Shown: positions 28,467-40,574 of the stretch, piece after piece
Layout: each line of letters opens with the position of its first letter
Numbering within the stretch: the stretch's first letter is position 1
Origin: Spirochaetia bacterium
GTDB lineage: Bacteria; Spirochaetota; Spirochaetia; SZUA-6; Bin103
DNA length: 64,000 nucleotides
Assembly: GCA_965199955.1 (NCBI GenBank)
Contig: CBDATQ010000002.1
Coordinates: 1,408,001 to 1,472,000, forward strand
Reading direction: 5' to 3'
Translations under genes and position numbers: made by a program
Notes under the pieces: generated by a model
Databases searched by the model: none
The model's input: only the letters and a program-made list of their open reading frames with translations
Told to the model about the DNA's origin: nothing

Positions 28467-28904
28467 CTACTCCTGCAGGGGATTGTGTGTCTTGAGGGCA
28501 GGGAATCGCGAGAAGTCGCGATCGGCCGTGTAGAGCGGGTCGGCGCCGTGTTCCTGGCAGATCGCGGCGATGCGCGCGTCGTGCACGCGCGGGCCGACGG
28601 CCTTTCCGCCTTCCAGCAGGGCTCGCACGGTGCTCCAGGAACGAACGCCTTGCTCGCCGATCAGGCGGAGCATCGGTGATTCCAGCCAACTGTCGACCTG
28701 CTGCAGCGCGTCATCCATCGTTGAGGGGGGATCGTACACACGCGGGTGCGTGGCGATGGCGACGAACTCATGCACACAGGGCCAGGGAATCGCCCATGCG
28801 CCGAACCCGGTGAAGAGGCGTTCAATAACGAGATCGGCTTGCTCGTGAAATGGGGAGTCTTCGCGGTGTGCGTAAATGAGAATGTTGGTGTCGACCGCGA
28901 TCAT
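28467..28904 (-). CDS. vapC: PIN-domain toxin VapC
   Basis: IAVDTNILIYA, CVHEF, VHDARIAA, TADRDFSRF. Confidence 0.92.
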   Translation of the reverse strand: MIAVDTNILIYAHREDSPFHEQADLVIERLFTGFGAWAIPWPCVHEFVAIATHPRVYDPPSTMDDALQQVDSWLESPMLRLIGEQGVRSWSTVRALLEGGKAVGPRVHDARIAAICQEHGADPLYTADRDFSRFPALKTHNPLQE

Positions 28905-29146
28905 CCGCCGTGACCCTGATACGCGAGCGACCGGATGGTCTCCCAGTTGCCGGCGCTCACGCCCGGCTGCAAGCCGTTTCCAGCCACCGTGTGACGCCGG
29001 TACGAGACATGGGTTGGGCTGCGGGCATCGTACACGACCGCGTGGAGACCCGTCGCGACCAACTCCTTGAGCGTCGTGCCGCGTGCGGCCGCCACGTCTT
29101 TCGCCTCCTTCAGGAGAGCGTCGGGAATCTCTATGGTCGTCTTCAT
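28901..29146 (-). CDS. vapB: VapB-type ribbon-helix-helix antitoxin
   Basis: MKTTIEIPDALLKEAK..AA.RGTTLKELV..GL. ATGA overlap with vapC. Confidence 0.85.
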   Translation of the reverse strand: MKTTIEIPDALLKEAKDVAAARGTTLKELVATGLHAVVYDARSPTHVSYRRHTVAGNGLQPGVSAGNWETIRSLAYQGHGG

Positions 29147-29160
29147 ATGGGTGACCATAT
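29145..29160. promoter_or_regulatory. Candidate vapBC autoregulatory operator
   Basis: Perfect inverted repeat ATATGG-GTGA-CCATAT spanning the -10-like TAATAT (- strand) and the vapB start. Confidence 0.5.
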
Positions 29161-29249
29161 TACATCGCCCGTGCGTATGCCAACGTTGGGAGTCCACTCG
29201 CGCGCCGTCAGACCGAAGCAAGCTGCCAGACGTCGATTCGATCCGCCGT

Positions 29250-29990
29250 GATGCGGCCGGCGGTGAGACCGAGGTTACGATCTCCAGCGCCGTTCCGCCG
29301 ACGCCGTCCAGGAGTCGCGCGCCAGCCACCTCGATCCCCTCAAGCCGCACATGCCCTAGGCGGAGCGCGCGCAGCTCAGGGGCGGGAGCGAGCGTCAGGT
29401 GGCCGTCGGCGCGGACCGACACGACCCGCGGCAGCGACATCGCCTGCACCCAGCCGGCCGCCAGTCCCGCCTCGCGCGGGCGGCCCTCGCGGATCATCCC
29501 CAGCAGCAGCAGCCGGCCGCGCTCGTCCGCGAACGTCCGGAGCGCGTGCAGATAGCCGCCGTCGAGCAGCCCCTCGGCCGCCGGCCGGAACCGGTCGCCG
29601 TCAAGCGATCCGGTGAACCAGCGGTTGTAGTACCCCGGGATGAACCGTCCGGCCTCCTTCTTGTAGCCGTGCAGCAGCACGACGTGCCGGCCGTCGGCGG
29701 GGAAGTAGTCGGGGAGGGGTGTGTGCAGACCGCCCTCGTTCTCGAAGCACGCGCACCAACCGCCAATCGCGCAGATCGGCGGAGCGGTAGAGCAACAACC
29801 GATTGGCCGGCGGGGAACTCGCGGCGTCGTCGGCGTCGAGCAGCAGATACCACCACGCTCCCTCCCGCGGATGCGTCCCCGCCGTGTTCTTGCGCAGGCG
29901 CGTGTAGGTGATGACGAAGGTCAGCGGATCGCCGATGTACCCGGACTCCGGCTGGTAGTGGAAGGCGGTTCGGTAGTCGGCGTCGGCCAC
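29250..29990 (-). pseudogene. GH32 (beta-fructofuranosidase-like) remnant with deletions and frameshifts
   Basis: YRTAFHYQPESGYIGDP (WMNDP-like), LLYRSADLRDW, PDYFP, LDGG...GRLLLLG, MSLPR, PAPELRALR. Truncated at the vapBC promoter. Confidence 0.7.
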
Positions 29991-30058
29991 GCGCGCGCAT
30001 CGTGCCGCGGTTGTCGCCGGCATACCAGACCGATACAGTGCGCGGCGGAGGCAACGGC

Positions 30059-31291
30059 ATGAGGCACGACCCCGAGCACACTTGGGGCCACACGATCGCG
30101 TTCTGCGACCAGTACTTCCAGCGCGCCTGCGCGCTGCTGCGGACTACCCTCGACGAGGTGCCGACCTGGACGGCGGTCGCCGACCGGGCGGTGCGGACGA
30201 TCCGCGCCGGCAGCACCGTGCACGCCAACATCACCACCGGGCACATGCCGACCACGGAGCTGTCGAACGACCGAGAGGGCAATCCCGCGCCGTTCGCGTT
30301 CCAGGGTCCCGACCACCACACGCCCGAGCAGTACGCCGCGATGCGCGCCGGCGACCTGCTGCTGACCAACTGCGTGACCCCCGCGGTGCAGGAGGTGCGC
30401 GACCGCGGCGTGCACGTCATCGTCTTCACCACCGCTTACGTGAACTCCGGCGCGGCACCGGGCTGGCTGGCCGACAACCCCGGCGGGCTGATGCCGGCGG
30501 ACGTGGCGGACCAGGTGATCGACACCCACATCCCGTGGGAGCAGGGCCTGGTCGACGTGCCGCAGGTGCCGGAGATGAAGGTCTTTCCCGGCTCCTCCAA
30601 CGTGAGCTGCGCCATCCACTGGTGCCTGACCGCGGAGGTGATGCAGGCGCTCGGTACGGGCGGCTCGCCCGACGGATCGAAGGGGCGCGCCTACCTGACC
30701 GTTCTGCTCGAACGGCTGAGCGAAGTGAACCACCACCACCGGCAGGCGATCGGTGAGGAGGCGGCGGAGCTGGCCCGGCGGGTGATCTCGGGCGGCCACG
30801 TCGACGTCAACGGCAGCAACGAGGGCGTGCGCGCGGATGCGAATACGGTTGCCCAGGGCCTGATGCTGACCTGCGCTCATCAACCGCGGCCGGCGGCCGA
30901 AGGCGGCGACTCCGACACCCTGATCATCACCGCCGTGAGCGCCGACCATCCGCAGGAGATCGCCTGGGCGGAGGAGGCTCGGGCGAACGGCACCCGCGTG
31001 GTGACCATTGGCATGGAAACCTCGCCACGCATGCGGCAACTGAGCGACCTCTACCTGGGCAACGCCTGCGACGAGGCGGGCGGCGTGGTCGAGGTGGCCG
31101 GCTGCAAGGAGCCGATCTGCCCGGCTACGGGCATCATCGACAACGTGCTTACGCAGATGCTGCTGTCACAGATGACCGACGAGATGTGCCGTCGCGGCGC
31201 GGTTCCCTACTTCTACATGGGCCTCTACCGCCTGGGAGGACGCGAGTACATCATGGTGATGAAGCCCCATTTCGAGGCGCGCGGCTACTGA
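30059..31291 (+). CDS. Hypothetical protein with a probable tandem SIS-like (sugar isomerase) fold
   Basis: Two similar halves: GDLLL..RGVHVI..VADQVIDTHIP..G...FPGSS and DTLII..ANGTRVVTIG..LSDLYLGN..ICPATGI. Confidence 0.5.
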   Translation: MRHDPEHTWGHTIAFCDQYFQRACALLRTTLDEVPTWTAVADRAVRTIRAGSTVHANITTGHMPTTELSNDREGNPAPFAFQGPDHHTPEQYAAMRAGDLLLTNCVTPAVQEVRDRGVHVIVFTTAYVNSGAAPGWLADNPGGLMPADVADQVIDTHIPWEQGLVDVPQVPEMKVFPGSSNVSCAIHWCLTAEVMQALGTGGSPDGSKGRAYLTVLLERLSEVNHHHRQAIGEEAAELARRVISGGHVDVNGSNEGVRADANTVAQGLMLTCAHQPRPAAEGGDSDTLIITAVSADHPQEIAWAEEARANGTRVVTIGMETSPRMRQLSDLYLGNACDEAGGVVEVAGCKEPICPATGIIDNVLTQMLLSQMTDEMCRRGAVPYFYMGLYRLGGREYIMVMKPHFEARGY

Positions 31292-31324
31292 CCTCCGGAC
31301 CGGGCGCCGGCCGCGCCAGGTAAG

Positions 31325-31385
31325 GTGGCCCGCGAGACCGGACACCGGCTGCCGATCGGCATGCAGACCGTCCGCGAGTTGCGTG
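31325..31385 (+). pseudogene. About 20-codon relic of an AAA-ATPase/PD-(D/E)XK gene start
   Basis: [14 protein letters not shown] is nearly identical to [14 protein letters not shown] at the start of the 62400 gene. Confidence 0.65.
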
Positions 31386-31392
31386 CCCATGG

Positions 31393-31430
31393 AAAAAAGG
31401 AGCCGGCTGGCCCCCCATGCCAGCCGGCTC
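31393..31430 (-). terminator. Rho-independent terminator of the sugar ABC operon
   Basis: 12-bp stem GAGCCGGCTGGC/GCCAGCCGGCTC followed on the - strand by CTTTTTT, 25 nt after the SBP stop. Confidence 0.85.
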
Positions 31431-31455
31431 GTGATCAGTCGTCAGGCGGAAAGCG

Positions 31456-33045
31456 TTACGGTGAGGGGCACTCCGATACGAGGTGGCCCCACATGCGGGT
31501 CGCCGCTGCCTCGATCTCCGGGCCGGGGCCTGCGTTCCAGCGGTCGAGCCAGTCCTGATAGGCGGACACCGGCTTCTGGCCGATGATGATCTGACCGAAC
31601 AGCGCCACCGACTCGTTCAGGAAGTCCTGATTGGCGGCGCGCAGGTCGTTGCCGTCCTCGTCGAGTGCGCTGACGAAGGACTGCGTCAGCATGCACACGT
31701 TGTTCGCTCCCAGGGGCGAGTCCGGGTCGAAGCGGACCTGCTGCACCCAGTCGTTCTGAATGGAATTGCTCCACTCCGGATCGCCCATGAAGTCGCGGAT
31801 CGCGGTGTAGCCCAGCGGCGTATTGCGCCCCACGACGCCGAAGCCCAGCCCCTGCCGGGACTCGGACTCCGAGAACGCCTCGGTCCACATCGGCTTGTTG
31901 TCCTCACCGAGCGTCCAGTGGGAGCCCTCGATCCCGTTGTTGATCAGGAAGTGGGCATCGCGCTGGTTCAGCGCGTCGACGGCCTGCATGATCGCATGCA
32001 CGCGATCGCGATCGTCGTTGTTCTGGACGCCGATACCATGACCGTTGCCGTGCATCGGGTGCCAGGCGTAGGTCACCGGGAAGTAACCTTCGACTCGCGG
32101 AGGGCCGGTGTACGCGAACGTGGCGTCGGGGCTGTGCTCCTTCAGGGTCTTGTGGAAGTTCTCGTGATCGAACGGCCAGCCCGGATGCTCCCAGCCCTTC
32201 ATGATGGACACGCCGGCGTCGAACGGCTCGCTCTCACCGTTGACGGTGACGAACTCGGGGTCGAGATAGCCTTCTGCGTACCAGCGGGCCAGAATCTCCA
32301 GCGCCTGGATCATCTCCGGCTGCCCCTGGCTGTACACCAGCTTGTCGCCCTTCTTCAGGAAGCGGTTGTTCGACAGGCCGAAGGCATTCATCACGGCGTT
32401 GAAGGAGCGGTAGTATTCGGTGTCCCGGTAGCGGGTGCCGTACGAGTAGCGGTCGGGATACTTGGCCTTGTAGGCCGCGAACACCGCCTCCCACTCTTCG
32501 ATCGTGTGCGGGACGTCCATGCCCAGCTCGTCCAGATAGTCCTGGCGCCACAGGTAGCCGTGGCCGTAGTTGGCGTGCTTCCAGACCATCGGGTAGTGCT
32601 TCAGCACGCCGTCGCGCTTGTAGCGCTCCAGGGTGAAGTCCAGGTCCAGTCCTGCGCCGGAGGCGAAAGCGCTCAGACCTCCGTAGTACAGAGGCATGTG
32701 CTCGGCAACCTCTTCGACGCTCAGGTCGGAGGTGCCCTGCTGGATGAGCTGCTCGAACCAGTAGGTCTCGAACAGGTCGGGCAGGTCGTTGGCGCCGAAC
32801 ACCACGCGCAGCTTGTCCCCGTAGGAAATGCCGCCCTGGCCCGAACAGGGGATGTGGACCCAGTTCACGCCGAGGGTTGCGTTGATCTCTTCGAGCAGCG
32901 GCGTGGAGGTCTCGGGCCACACATGGCAGTGCTCGGTCATGAATTCGATCGTGAGCGGCTCATCGGCGGCCATCTCGGTCTGGGACGCGGCGAACGCCCC
33001 GACGGCTACCGCCACGCTCAACAGCAGTACCAGTAGTTTCTTCAA
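31456..33045 (-). CDS. Carbohydrate ABC transporter substrate-binding protein (LplA-like)
   Basis: TTG 33045 follows AAGGAG; signal peptide KKLLVLLLSVAVAVGAFA; DLPDLF, RQDYLDELGMDVP.TIEEW, WYAEGYLDPE, GIEGSHW. Confidence 0.88.
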   Translation of the reverse strand: MKKLLVLLLSVAVAVGAFAASQTEMAADEPLTIEFMTEHCHVWPETSTPLLEEINATLGVNWVHIPCSGQGGISYGDKLRVVFGANDLPDLFETYWFEQLIQQGTSDLSVEEVAEHMPLYYGGLSAFASGAGLDLDFTLERYKRDGVLKHYPMVWKHANYGHGYLWRQDYLDELGMDVPHTIEEWEAVFAAYKAKYPDRYSYGTRYRDTEYYRSFNAVMNAFGLSNNRFLKKGDKLVYSQGQPEMIQALEILARWYAEGYLDPEFVTVNGESEPFDAGVSIMKGWEHPGWPFDHENFHKTLKEHSPDATFAYTGPPRVEGYFPVTYAWHPMHGNGHGIGVQNNDDRDRVHAIMQAVDALNQRDAHFLINNGIEGSHWTLGEDNKPMWTEAFSESESRQGLGFGVVGRNTPLGYTAIRDFMGDPEWSNSIQNDWVQQVRFDPDSPLGANNVCMLTQSFVSALDEDGNDLRAANQDFLNESVALFGQIIIGQKPVSAYQDWLDRWNAGPGPEIEAAATRMWGHLVSECPSP

Positions 33046-33153
33046 TTGGTTCTCCTTGTAGGAATTATGGACATCATACCAGTCGCGGTTATTCGCGGCC
33101 CATACATCTGTCCTCATCGGACGACTGATCTGTTCCGAACGTTACTAAGCAGT

Positions 33154-34071
33154 CTACCCTTTCAGCGAGCCAATGAGAATACCCTTGGCGAAGTACTTCT
33201 GCAGGAACGGGTACACCAGGATGATCGGGATCAGGGAGTAGAGCAGGATCCCCGAGCGGACGGTCTCGGCCGTGAACTGCTTGTCCTCGGTCTCTTCCAG
33301 GAGCTGCGCCAGGCGGATCTCGGACGCGATGCCGCCGCGCGAGGCCTCGTTCACGTCGGCGATGATGCGGCCCAGAAGCTGCGGCACGAAGATCTTGCCG
33401 CGGCTGATGTAGATCAGGATGTCCAACCACGCGTTCCAATGGAACACGAACATCCAGAGGGAGAGCACGGCCATGATCGGCTTCGACAGCGGCAGGATCA
33501 ACTGTAGGAAGGTGCGCAGCTCGCCCGCGCCGTCGATACGGGCGCTTTCGGTCAGCTCCTCGGGCAGGGTCATGAAGAAGTTGCGGGTGAGGAGCATGAA
33601 GAAGCCGTTCATCATCAGCGGCAGCCACAGCGCTCCCATCGTGTTGTAGAGACCGAGGCCGCGCACGATCAGGAACAGCGGGATGAAGCCGCCGCTGGTG
33701 TACATGGTGATGATGACGAAGATCGTGTAGGAGCGCCGGAACGGCAGATACCTCTTCGACAGCGGGTAGGCGGTCAGACCCATGATGAACACGGAGAGCG
33801 CCACTCCGACCGCGGTTCGATACAACGACCAGTAGTACGCCTCCACCGTCGAGCGCTGTCGGAAGATGCGCTTCCAGGTCTCCAGGGTCACCTCGCCAGG
33901 CTGCGGCAGCAGGTACATGCCACCCGTGACCACCGCCACGGGAGTGCTTACCGACAGGGAAATGTGCCGCATAAAGGGCAACAGGACCGAAAGTGCAAAC
34001 AGGGCCATGATGAGGACGATCGCAGTGTGCCCGATCCGCTCGCCGACGCGCCGGCGCGTGCCCGTTACCAC
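33154..34071 (-). CDS. Carbohydrate ABC transporter permease (LplC-like)
   Basis: AYPLSK, GGFIP, LPEELTESARIDGAGE (EAA loop), YPFLQKYFAKG. Confidence 0.9.
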   Translation of the reverse strand: MVTGTRRRVGERIGHTAIVLIMALFALSVLLPFMRHISLSVSTPVAVVTGGMYLLPQPGEVTLETWKRIFRQRSTVEAYYWSLYRTAVGVALSVFIMGLTAYPLSKRYLPFRRSYTIFVIITMYTSGGFIPLFLIVRGLGLYNTMGALWLPLMMNGFFMLLTRNFFMTLPEELTESARIDGAGELRTFLQLILPLSKPIMAVLSLWMFVFHWNAWLDILIYISRGKIFVPQLLGRIIADVNEASRGGIASEIRLAQLLEETEDKQFTAETVRSGILLYSLIPIILVYPFLQKYFAKGILIGSLKG

Positions 34072-35045
34072 AGGGCGTGCTCGGAGTAGCGGCGGACGAT
34101 GAGGTTGGTGCCCCACACCAGCGCGAAGCTGACGCCCGTTCTCAGTATGGTCAGCGCGGTGCCGTACTCGTACTGGAACCCTTCGAACGCAAGACGGTAC
34201 AGGTAGGTGTCGATCACGTCCGCCACCTCGTACACGAGGGGGTTGTACAGCCAGAAGACCTGCTCGAAGTTGGCGCTGATCAGGGTGCCCATGCGGAAGA
34301 TGAACAGGATCGTGATCACCGGGAGCATGCTGGGCAGGGTGATGTGCCACGCCATGCTGATCCTGCCGGCGCCGTCGATATAGCCTGCCTCGTACATCTC
34401 CTGGTCGATACTGGCGATGCTCGCCAGGTAGACGATCGTTCCGTAGCCCACCTCCTTCCAGAGGCCGCTGAGGATGTAGACGACCAGCCATGCTTGCGGG
34501 TCGACCATCAGGTAGGGCGCCTGTGCTCCGAAGAACCGGAACAGTGCCCCCACTACGCCCGTTCCCGGCGACATGAACTCGATCACCAGGGCGCCCAGGA
34601 AGACCCATGACAGGAAGTGGGGGAAGTACAGAACCGTCTGTATCGTACGCTTGTAGGCCGATGAACGCAGCTCGTTCAGGAGAATGGCCAGAATGATCGG
34701 GGCGGGAAATCCGAAGAGTGTGGTCAGAAGGGCGATGCGGATCGTGTTCCGTACGGCTCGCAGGAATGCAGCGGGATCGAGAAAGAGCTTGTCGAAATGC
34801 TTGAGGAGCGGGTCCGCCCACGGGCTGCCGAGGATACCGTCTCTGACGTCGAAGTCCTTGAAGGCCAGCGTCATCCCGTAAATGGGCAGATAGTGGAAAA
34901 TTATGAAGTAGACGGTGCCGGGAATGAGCAGGATCAGCAGGGAACGGTACTTGTAGACGTCCCGTATCCATTGCCCGCGGTTACGTCGAGCAAGACGTGT
35001 GGAGTGCGCCGTTACGGTCTGCTGGTACGTCGGGACGGAGGCCAT
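34065..35045 (-). CDS. Carbohydrate ABC transporter permease (LplB-like)
   Basis: YLPIYG..LAFKD, GSPW, LAILLNE, PHFLSWV, MYEAGYIDGAGR. Confidence 0.9.
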   Translation of the reverse strand: MASVPTYQQTVTAHSTRLARRNRGQWIRDVYKYRSLLILLIPGTVYFIIFHYLPIYGMTLAFKDFDVRDGILGSPWADPLLKHFDKLFLDPAAFLRAVRNTIRIALLTTLFGFPAPIILAILLNELRSSAYKRTIQTVLYFPHFLSWVFLGALVIEFMSPGTGVVGALFRFFGAQAPYLMVDPQAWLVVYILSGLWKEVGYGTIVYLASIASIDQEMYEAGYIDGAGRISMAWHITLPSMLPVITILFIFRMGTLISANFEQVFWLYNPLVYEVADVIDTYLYRLAFEGFQYEYGTALTILRTGVSFALVWGTNLIVRRYSEHALW

Positions 35046-35158
35046 CGTCGATCGGGCTGCAGGGTACCGAACGCGGCCAGACGCTGCAAGGTCGAGCCGT
35101 GACACCTGACCTTGCGGGCGACGCGACACTCCTACAGTATGTTCCTACGGATCACGGC

Positions 35159-35524
35159 ATGAAGGCAGTCAATGTCCGCCAGTTGAAGAACAATCCGTCG
35201 GAGGCGTTGCGAGAGGCGCGCAAGCACCCGGTCATCGTGCTCAATCGCCATGAGCCGGAGGCGCTGCTGGTCCATCTGGACGACGACTCGCTGCTGGCGG
35301 AACCAGGGATCCGGCGGTCTCTGGCGACCGCGCCCTACCGGGACCGGAGCCTGTCTCTTGGCCGGGCGGCACGGTTCGCGGGCGTCCCGCTGGCGGAGTT
35401 CATCCGGTACGTGTCGAGATGCGGCATCCCGGTCGTGCGCGGCACGGCCGCCGAGGTCGGCAGGGACGAGCAGGCGATCGGGGCATGGACGAAAGGCTCG
35501 TCGCGGCCGACGCGAGCCCGCTGA
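35159..35524 (+). CDS. Antitoxin: Phd/YefM-like N-terminus fused to a UPF0175 domain
   Basis: MKAVNVRQLKNNPSEALR...PVIVLNRHEPEALLV, then SLGRAARFAGVPLAEFI...GIPVV. Confidence 0.75.
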   Translation: MKAVNVRQLKNNPSEALREARKHPVIVLNRHEPEALLVHLDDDSLLAEPGIRRSLATAPYRDRSLSLGRAARFAGVPLAEFIRYVSRCGIPVVRGTAAEVGRDEQAIGAWTKGSSRPTRAR

Positions 35525-35993
35525 TCGGGCTGGCGGCCGCCGGAGCGTTCGATCTGTTGCGCCAGCCCTTCGGGACAGTCACGGTGACGGCGGTGGTACG
35601 GGACGAGGTGGTGGCCGGCGGCGACCTGCCGGGCGCCGCGGAGCTCGCCGGGGCCGTGCGGGCCGGATGGATCGAGGATCGTCGATACCGAGGCGGACAC
35701 GGCGCTGTTCGGCAATCTGGATGCTGGAGAGGCCAGCACGCTCACGTTGGCCACGGAACACACGGGGCCGTGTCTGGTAGTGATGGACGAGGCGTTGGGT
35801 CGCTGGCATGCCAACGCGCGGGGACTTGAGGTCACCGGTCTTGCCGGCGTGCTGATCGCCGCGCCGCTCGGGCATCGTGGAAGGCGTTCGTCCGTACGTC
35901 GAACGGCTGGAGGAGAACAACTTCAGGATGTCGGACGCGGTCGTTCATGCCGTCCTGGGGGGCGAGGAGACCTCACGCTCCGAATGCGCGTGA
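35485..35993 (+). pseudogene. DUF3368 PIN-domain toxin, two frameshifts
   Basis: VAADASPLIGL..V..EV, LDAGEASTL..VMDE..GR..A..RGLEVTGLAGVLIAA and GIVEGVRPYVERLEENNFRMS are separated by two frame changes. Confidence 0.75.
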
Positions 35994-36031
35994 ACAGGAA
36001 CTCACACAGCATGCAGCACAGAGGAGAATCG

Positions 36032-38523
36032 ATGGAACACCTGACCCTGCACGTAGCCACGGCTGGCGATGACGCCGCGCCGGGGACCGAGGAGGCGCCG
36101 TTCGCGACGGTCGAGCGAGCCCGCGAAGAGGTGGCCGAACGGCTGCGCGCGGGCCCTCCGCGGCCGATCACGGTGCAGATCCACGCCGGCACCTACCACC
36201 TGAACGGAACCCTGGAGCTGGACGGCGCCGTCTCCGGCACCGCCGACACCCCCGTCGTCTTCGCGGCGGCGCCCGGCGAGGAGGTCGTGCTCTCCGGCGG
36301 GGTGCCGGTGACCAGCTGGCAGCGAGAGGATGGCTCCGGCGACCTCTGGTCCGCGGCGGCGCCCACCGAGCGCGTGTTCCGCACGCTGCGGGTCGGTGAC
36401 CGCCTGGCCGAGCGCGCGCGCTACCCGTCGGCCGACGCCGCGGACCGCATCCAGGGCGGCTGGCTGTTCGCGGACTGGTGGCGCCACCCATGGGAGCGCG
36501 GCCGGTTCGAGCAGCCGGTCAGCCGCGTGCGCCGCGCCGGCGACTACCTGCAGTGGCGGGTGACGGTCCCGTCGGCCGGGACCTACCGGGTGTGGATCAG
36601 TTACGTCAAGGACGAGAGCACCACCCATCCGGAGATCTCGTCCGTGTTCGGCGTCCGTGGCGGTGAACGGGTGACGCTGGCGGACTTGGGCGCCACCCAC
36701 GGCTGGCGCTCCGGCCAGCACGAGGCTTTCCCGTTCGTGGCGTCGGGCGAGATCCAACTGCAGGAAGGCGAGCACGACCTGTACTGGGAGAACCTCGCAG
36801 GCGGACAGATTGACTTCGACTGCGTCGTGCTGTGCAGCGACCCCGACTGGGACCCCGCCGAGAACATCCGCCTGACGATCTGGCACCCGCGTGCCTACGA
36901 GGCGCGTCCGCCTGCGCCCGGCACCGACTACCTGGTGATCCAGGCGGAGGCGTTCTCGAGCGCCAGCCCCGGCGTGGGCATCGCCGACGTCGAGCCGAGC
37001 GGGGCGCCCCGCGCCGAGCCGGGCGGACGCCCGGGCCTGGTGACGATGGCTCCCGGCGACGTGCCGGAATGGGATGACTGGTCGGGGGCGGAGATCAACA
37101 TCTTCTCCGCGTGGGGCTGGAACAACCTGATCCAGCCCGTGCACGGGTTCGACGCGGAGTCACGGACCATCCGCTTCGACTCCTACAACGACGTGCGCCC
37201 GGGCAACCGCTACTTCATCTCCGGCGTGCGCGGCTGCCTGACCGATCCCGGCGAGTGGCACCTGGACGCGGCGTCCGGCACGATCCGCTATCTGGCGCCG
37301 CCGGACACGGAAGCGGTCGACGGTGCCGTGGCGGCGCTGCTCAAGACGGCGGTGCGCATCACCGGCAGCCACATCGAGCTGCGGGACCTGGTGATCGCCG
37401 ACACCGACTACCGCGTCGGCTCTCCGGCGGCGGCGCAGGACGGCGCGATCGAGCTGGACCGCGCCGAGTACTGCGCGGTGGTCAACTGCCGCTTCGAGTG
37501 CGTGAACGGCTGGGGCGTGCGGATGGTCAACCGCAGCCACCACAACCGGGTCGAACGCTGCACCATGCACGGCCTGGGGCAGGGCGGCGTCGAGCTCTCC
37601 GGCGACGACCACACACAGCCGTTCGAGAACGAGATCGTGGCCAACGACATCGCCGACTGCGGCCGCGTGTACGCCCACGTCGCCGGCGTCTACGGCAACG
37701 CGTCGAGCCGCAACCGCATCGCCCACAACCGCATCCGCCGCATGCCGCGCTACGGCATCTCGCTGAAGTCGGGCGGCGGCCACTCCGCGCACCAGAATGT
37801 CCTCGAATACAACGAGATCGTCGACCTGAACCTGGAGACCAGCGACACCGGGGCGATCGAGATCTACGGCGGCGACCGCAAGCCGACCGGCAACATCGTC
37901 CGCTACAACCGCATCGTCAACTCGGTGGGGCTCAAGGTCGACGACCGCGGCCACTTCGTGACGCCGGTCTATTCGTGGGGGATCTACCTCGACGACTGGT
38001 GTTCGGGCGTCACCATCCACGGCAACATCATCGTCGGCAACGTGGTCGGCGGCGTGAACATGCACGGCGGCTGGGGCAACCTGGTGGAGAACAACGTCCT
38101 GGTGGACGGCCAGCGGCGGCAGTTCTCGCTGGCGCCGATCTTCAGCGACCTGCAGAGCACGACGCTGCGCGACAACATCTTCCGCCGCAACGTCGTCGCC
38201 TGGTCGGAGCGCACCGCGGCGGCGGTCTGGTGCCGGCCGCGCCGCTGGTATCCGGAGATCCTGCGCGAGTGCGACCACAACCTGTACCACTACCGGGGCG
38301 GCTCGCTCGACCTGGAGTCGCCGGAGATCGACATCACGCCGCTCGGCAGCCTGCAGCGCTGGCGTGACGCCGGCTTCGACCGCAACAGCGTGATCGCGGA
38401 TCCTCTGTTCACGGATCCGTCCGCGGGCGACTTCACGCTGCGGCCCGGATCGCCGGCGTTCGAGCTGGGCTTTCAGCCGATCCCCGTGGACCGGATCGGA
38501 CCCGGCGGCTACCAGGTGGAACG

Positions 38524-38527
<4 letters not shown>
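36032..38527 (+). CDS. Right-handed parallel beta-helix protein with an inserted CBM-like jelly-roll domain
   Basis: HVATAGDDAAPGTEEAPFAT, LSGG, ARYP, PGEWHLD, many N-rich PbH1 repeats, GIYLDD, IADPLF.DP..GDFTLRPGSPA. Insert ...WRVTVPSAGTYRVWISY...IDFDCVVL. Confidence 0.8.
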
Positions 38528-40158
<1,631 letters not shown>

Positions 40159-40176
40159 CCGGCGGGTCTTGGCGCG

Positions 40177-40552
40177 ATGGCCGTTCCGCGCTGGCTGTTC
40201 ATCGTCGCGGCGCTGCTGTGGCTGCCGATCGGGGTCGCCGCCACGGCGCCGCTGCGTGGATCTCGGGTTCGGGGCGGATTCCGAGCCATGGCCGGCGATG
40301 CTGATGATGATGGTCTCGTCTCTGGTCGTGGTGGCGCCGGCTGGCCTGCCGCTGGCGCTGGCGTCCCGTCGGCTCTGGCGACTGGGACATCCCGGCGCGG
40401 CCTGGTGGGCGGCATTCGCGGTGCTGGGGCCCGCGACCGTGGCCGCATCCCTGCTCGCCGGGCTGCTTGGTCCGCTGGCGATCGCCATCTACGCGGCTCT
40501 GTTCAGCGGGCCGGTGTGGATTGCAGTCGCCATTCTGAGCCGCGGCGGGTAG
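40177..40552 (+). pseudogene. Small membrane protein, frameshifted near 40260
   Basis: The hydrophobic N-terminus (ORF 40177) and hydrophobic C-terminus (ORF 40169-40552) lie in different frames. Confidence 0.45.
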
Positions 40553-40574
40553 GGATAGGAGGCGGGTGGTGAGG

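Noticed and set aside
28901..29680. 259-aa ORF that looks like a GH32-antitoxin fusion
   Set aside because: vapB has its own start, -10 box and operator at 29146-29165. The fusion is read-through from a truncated pseudogene.
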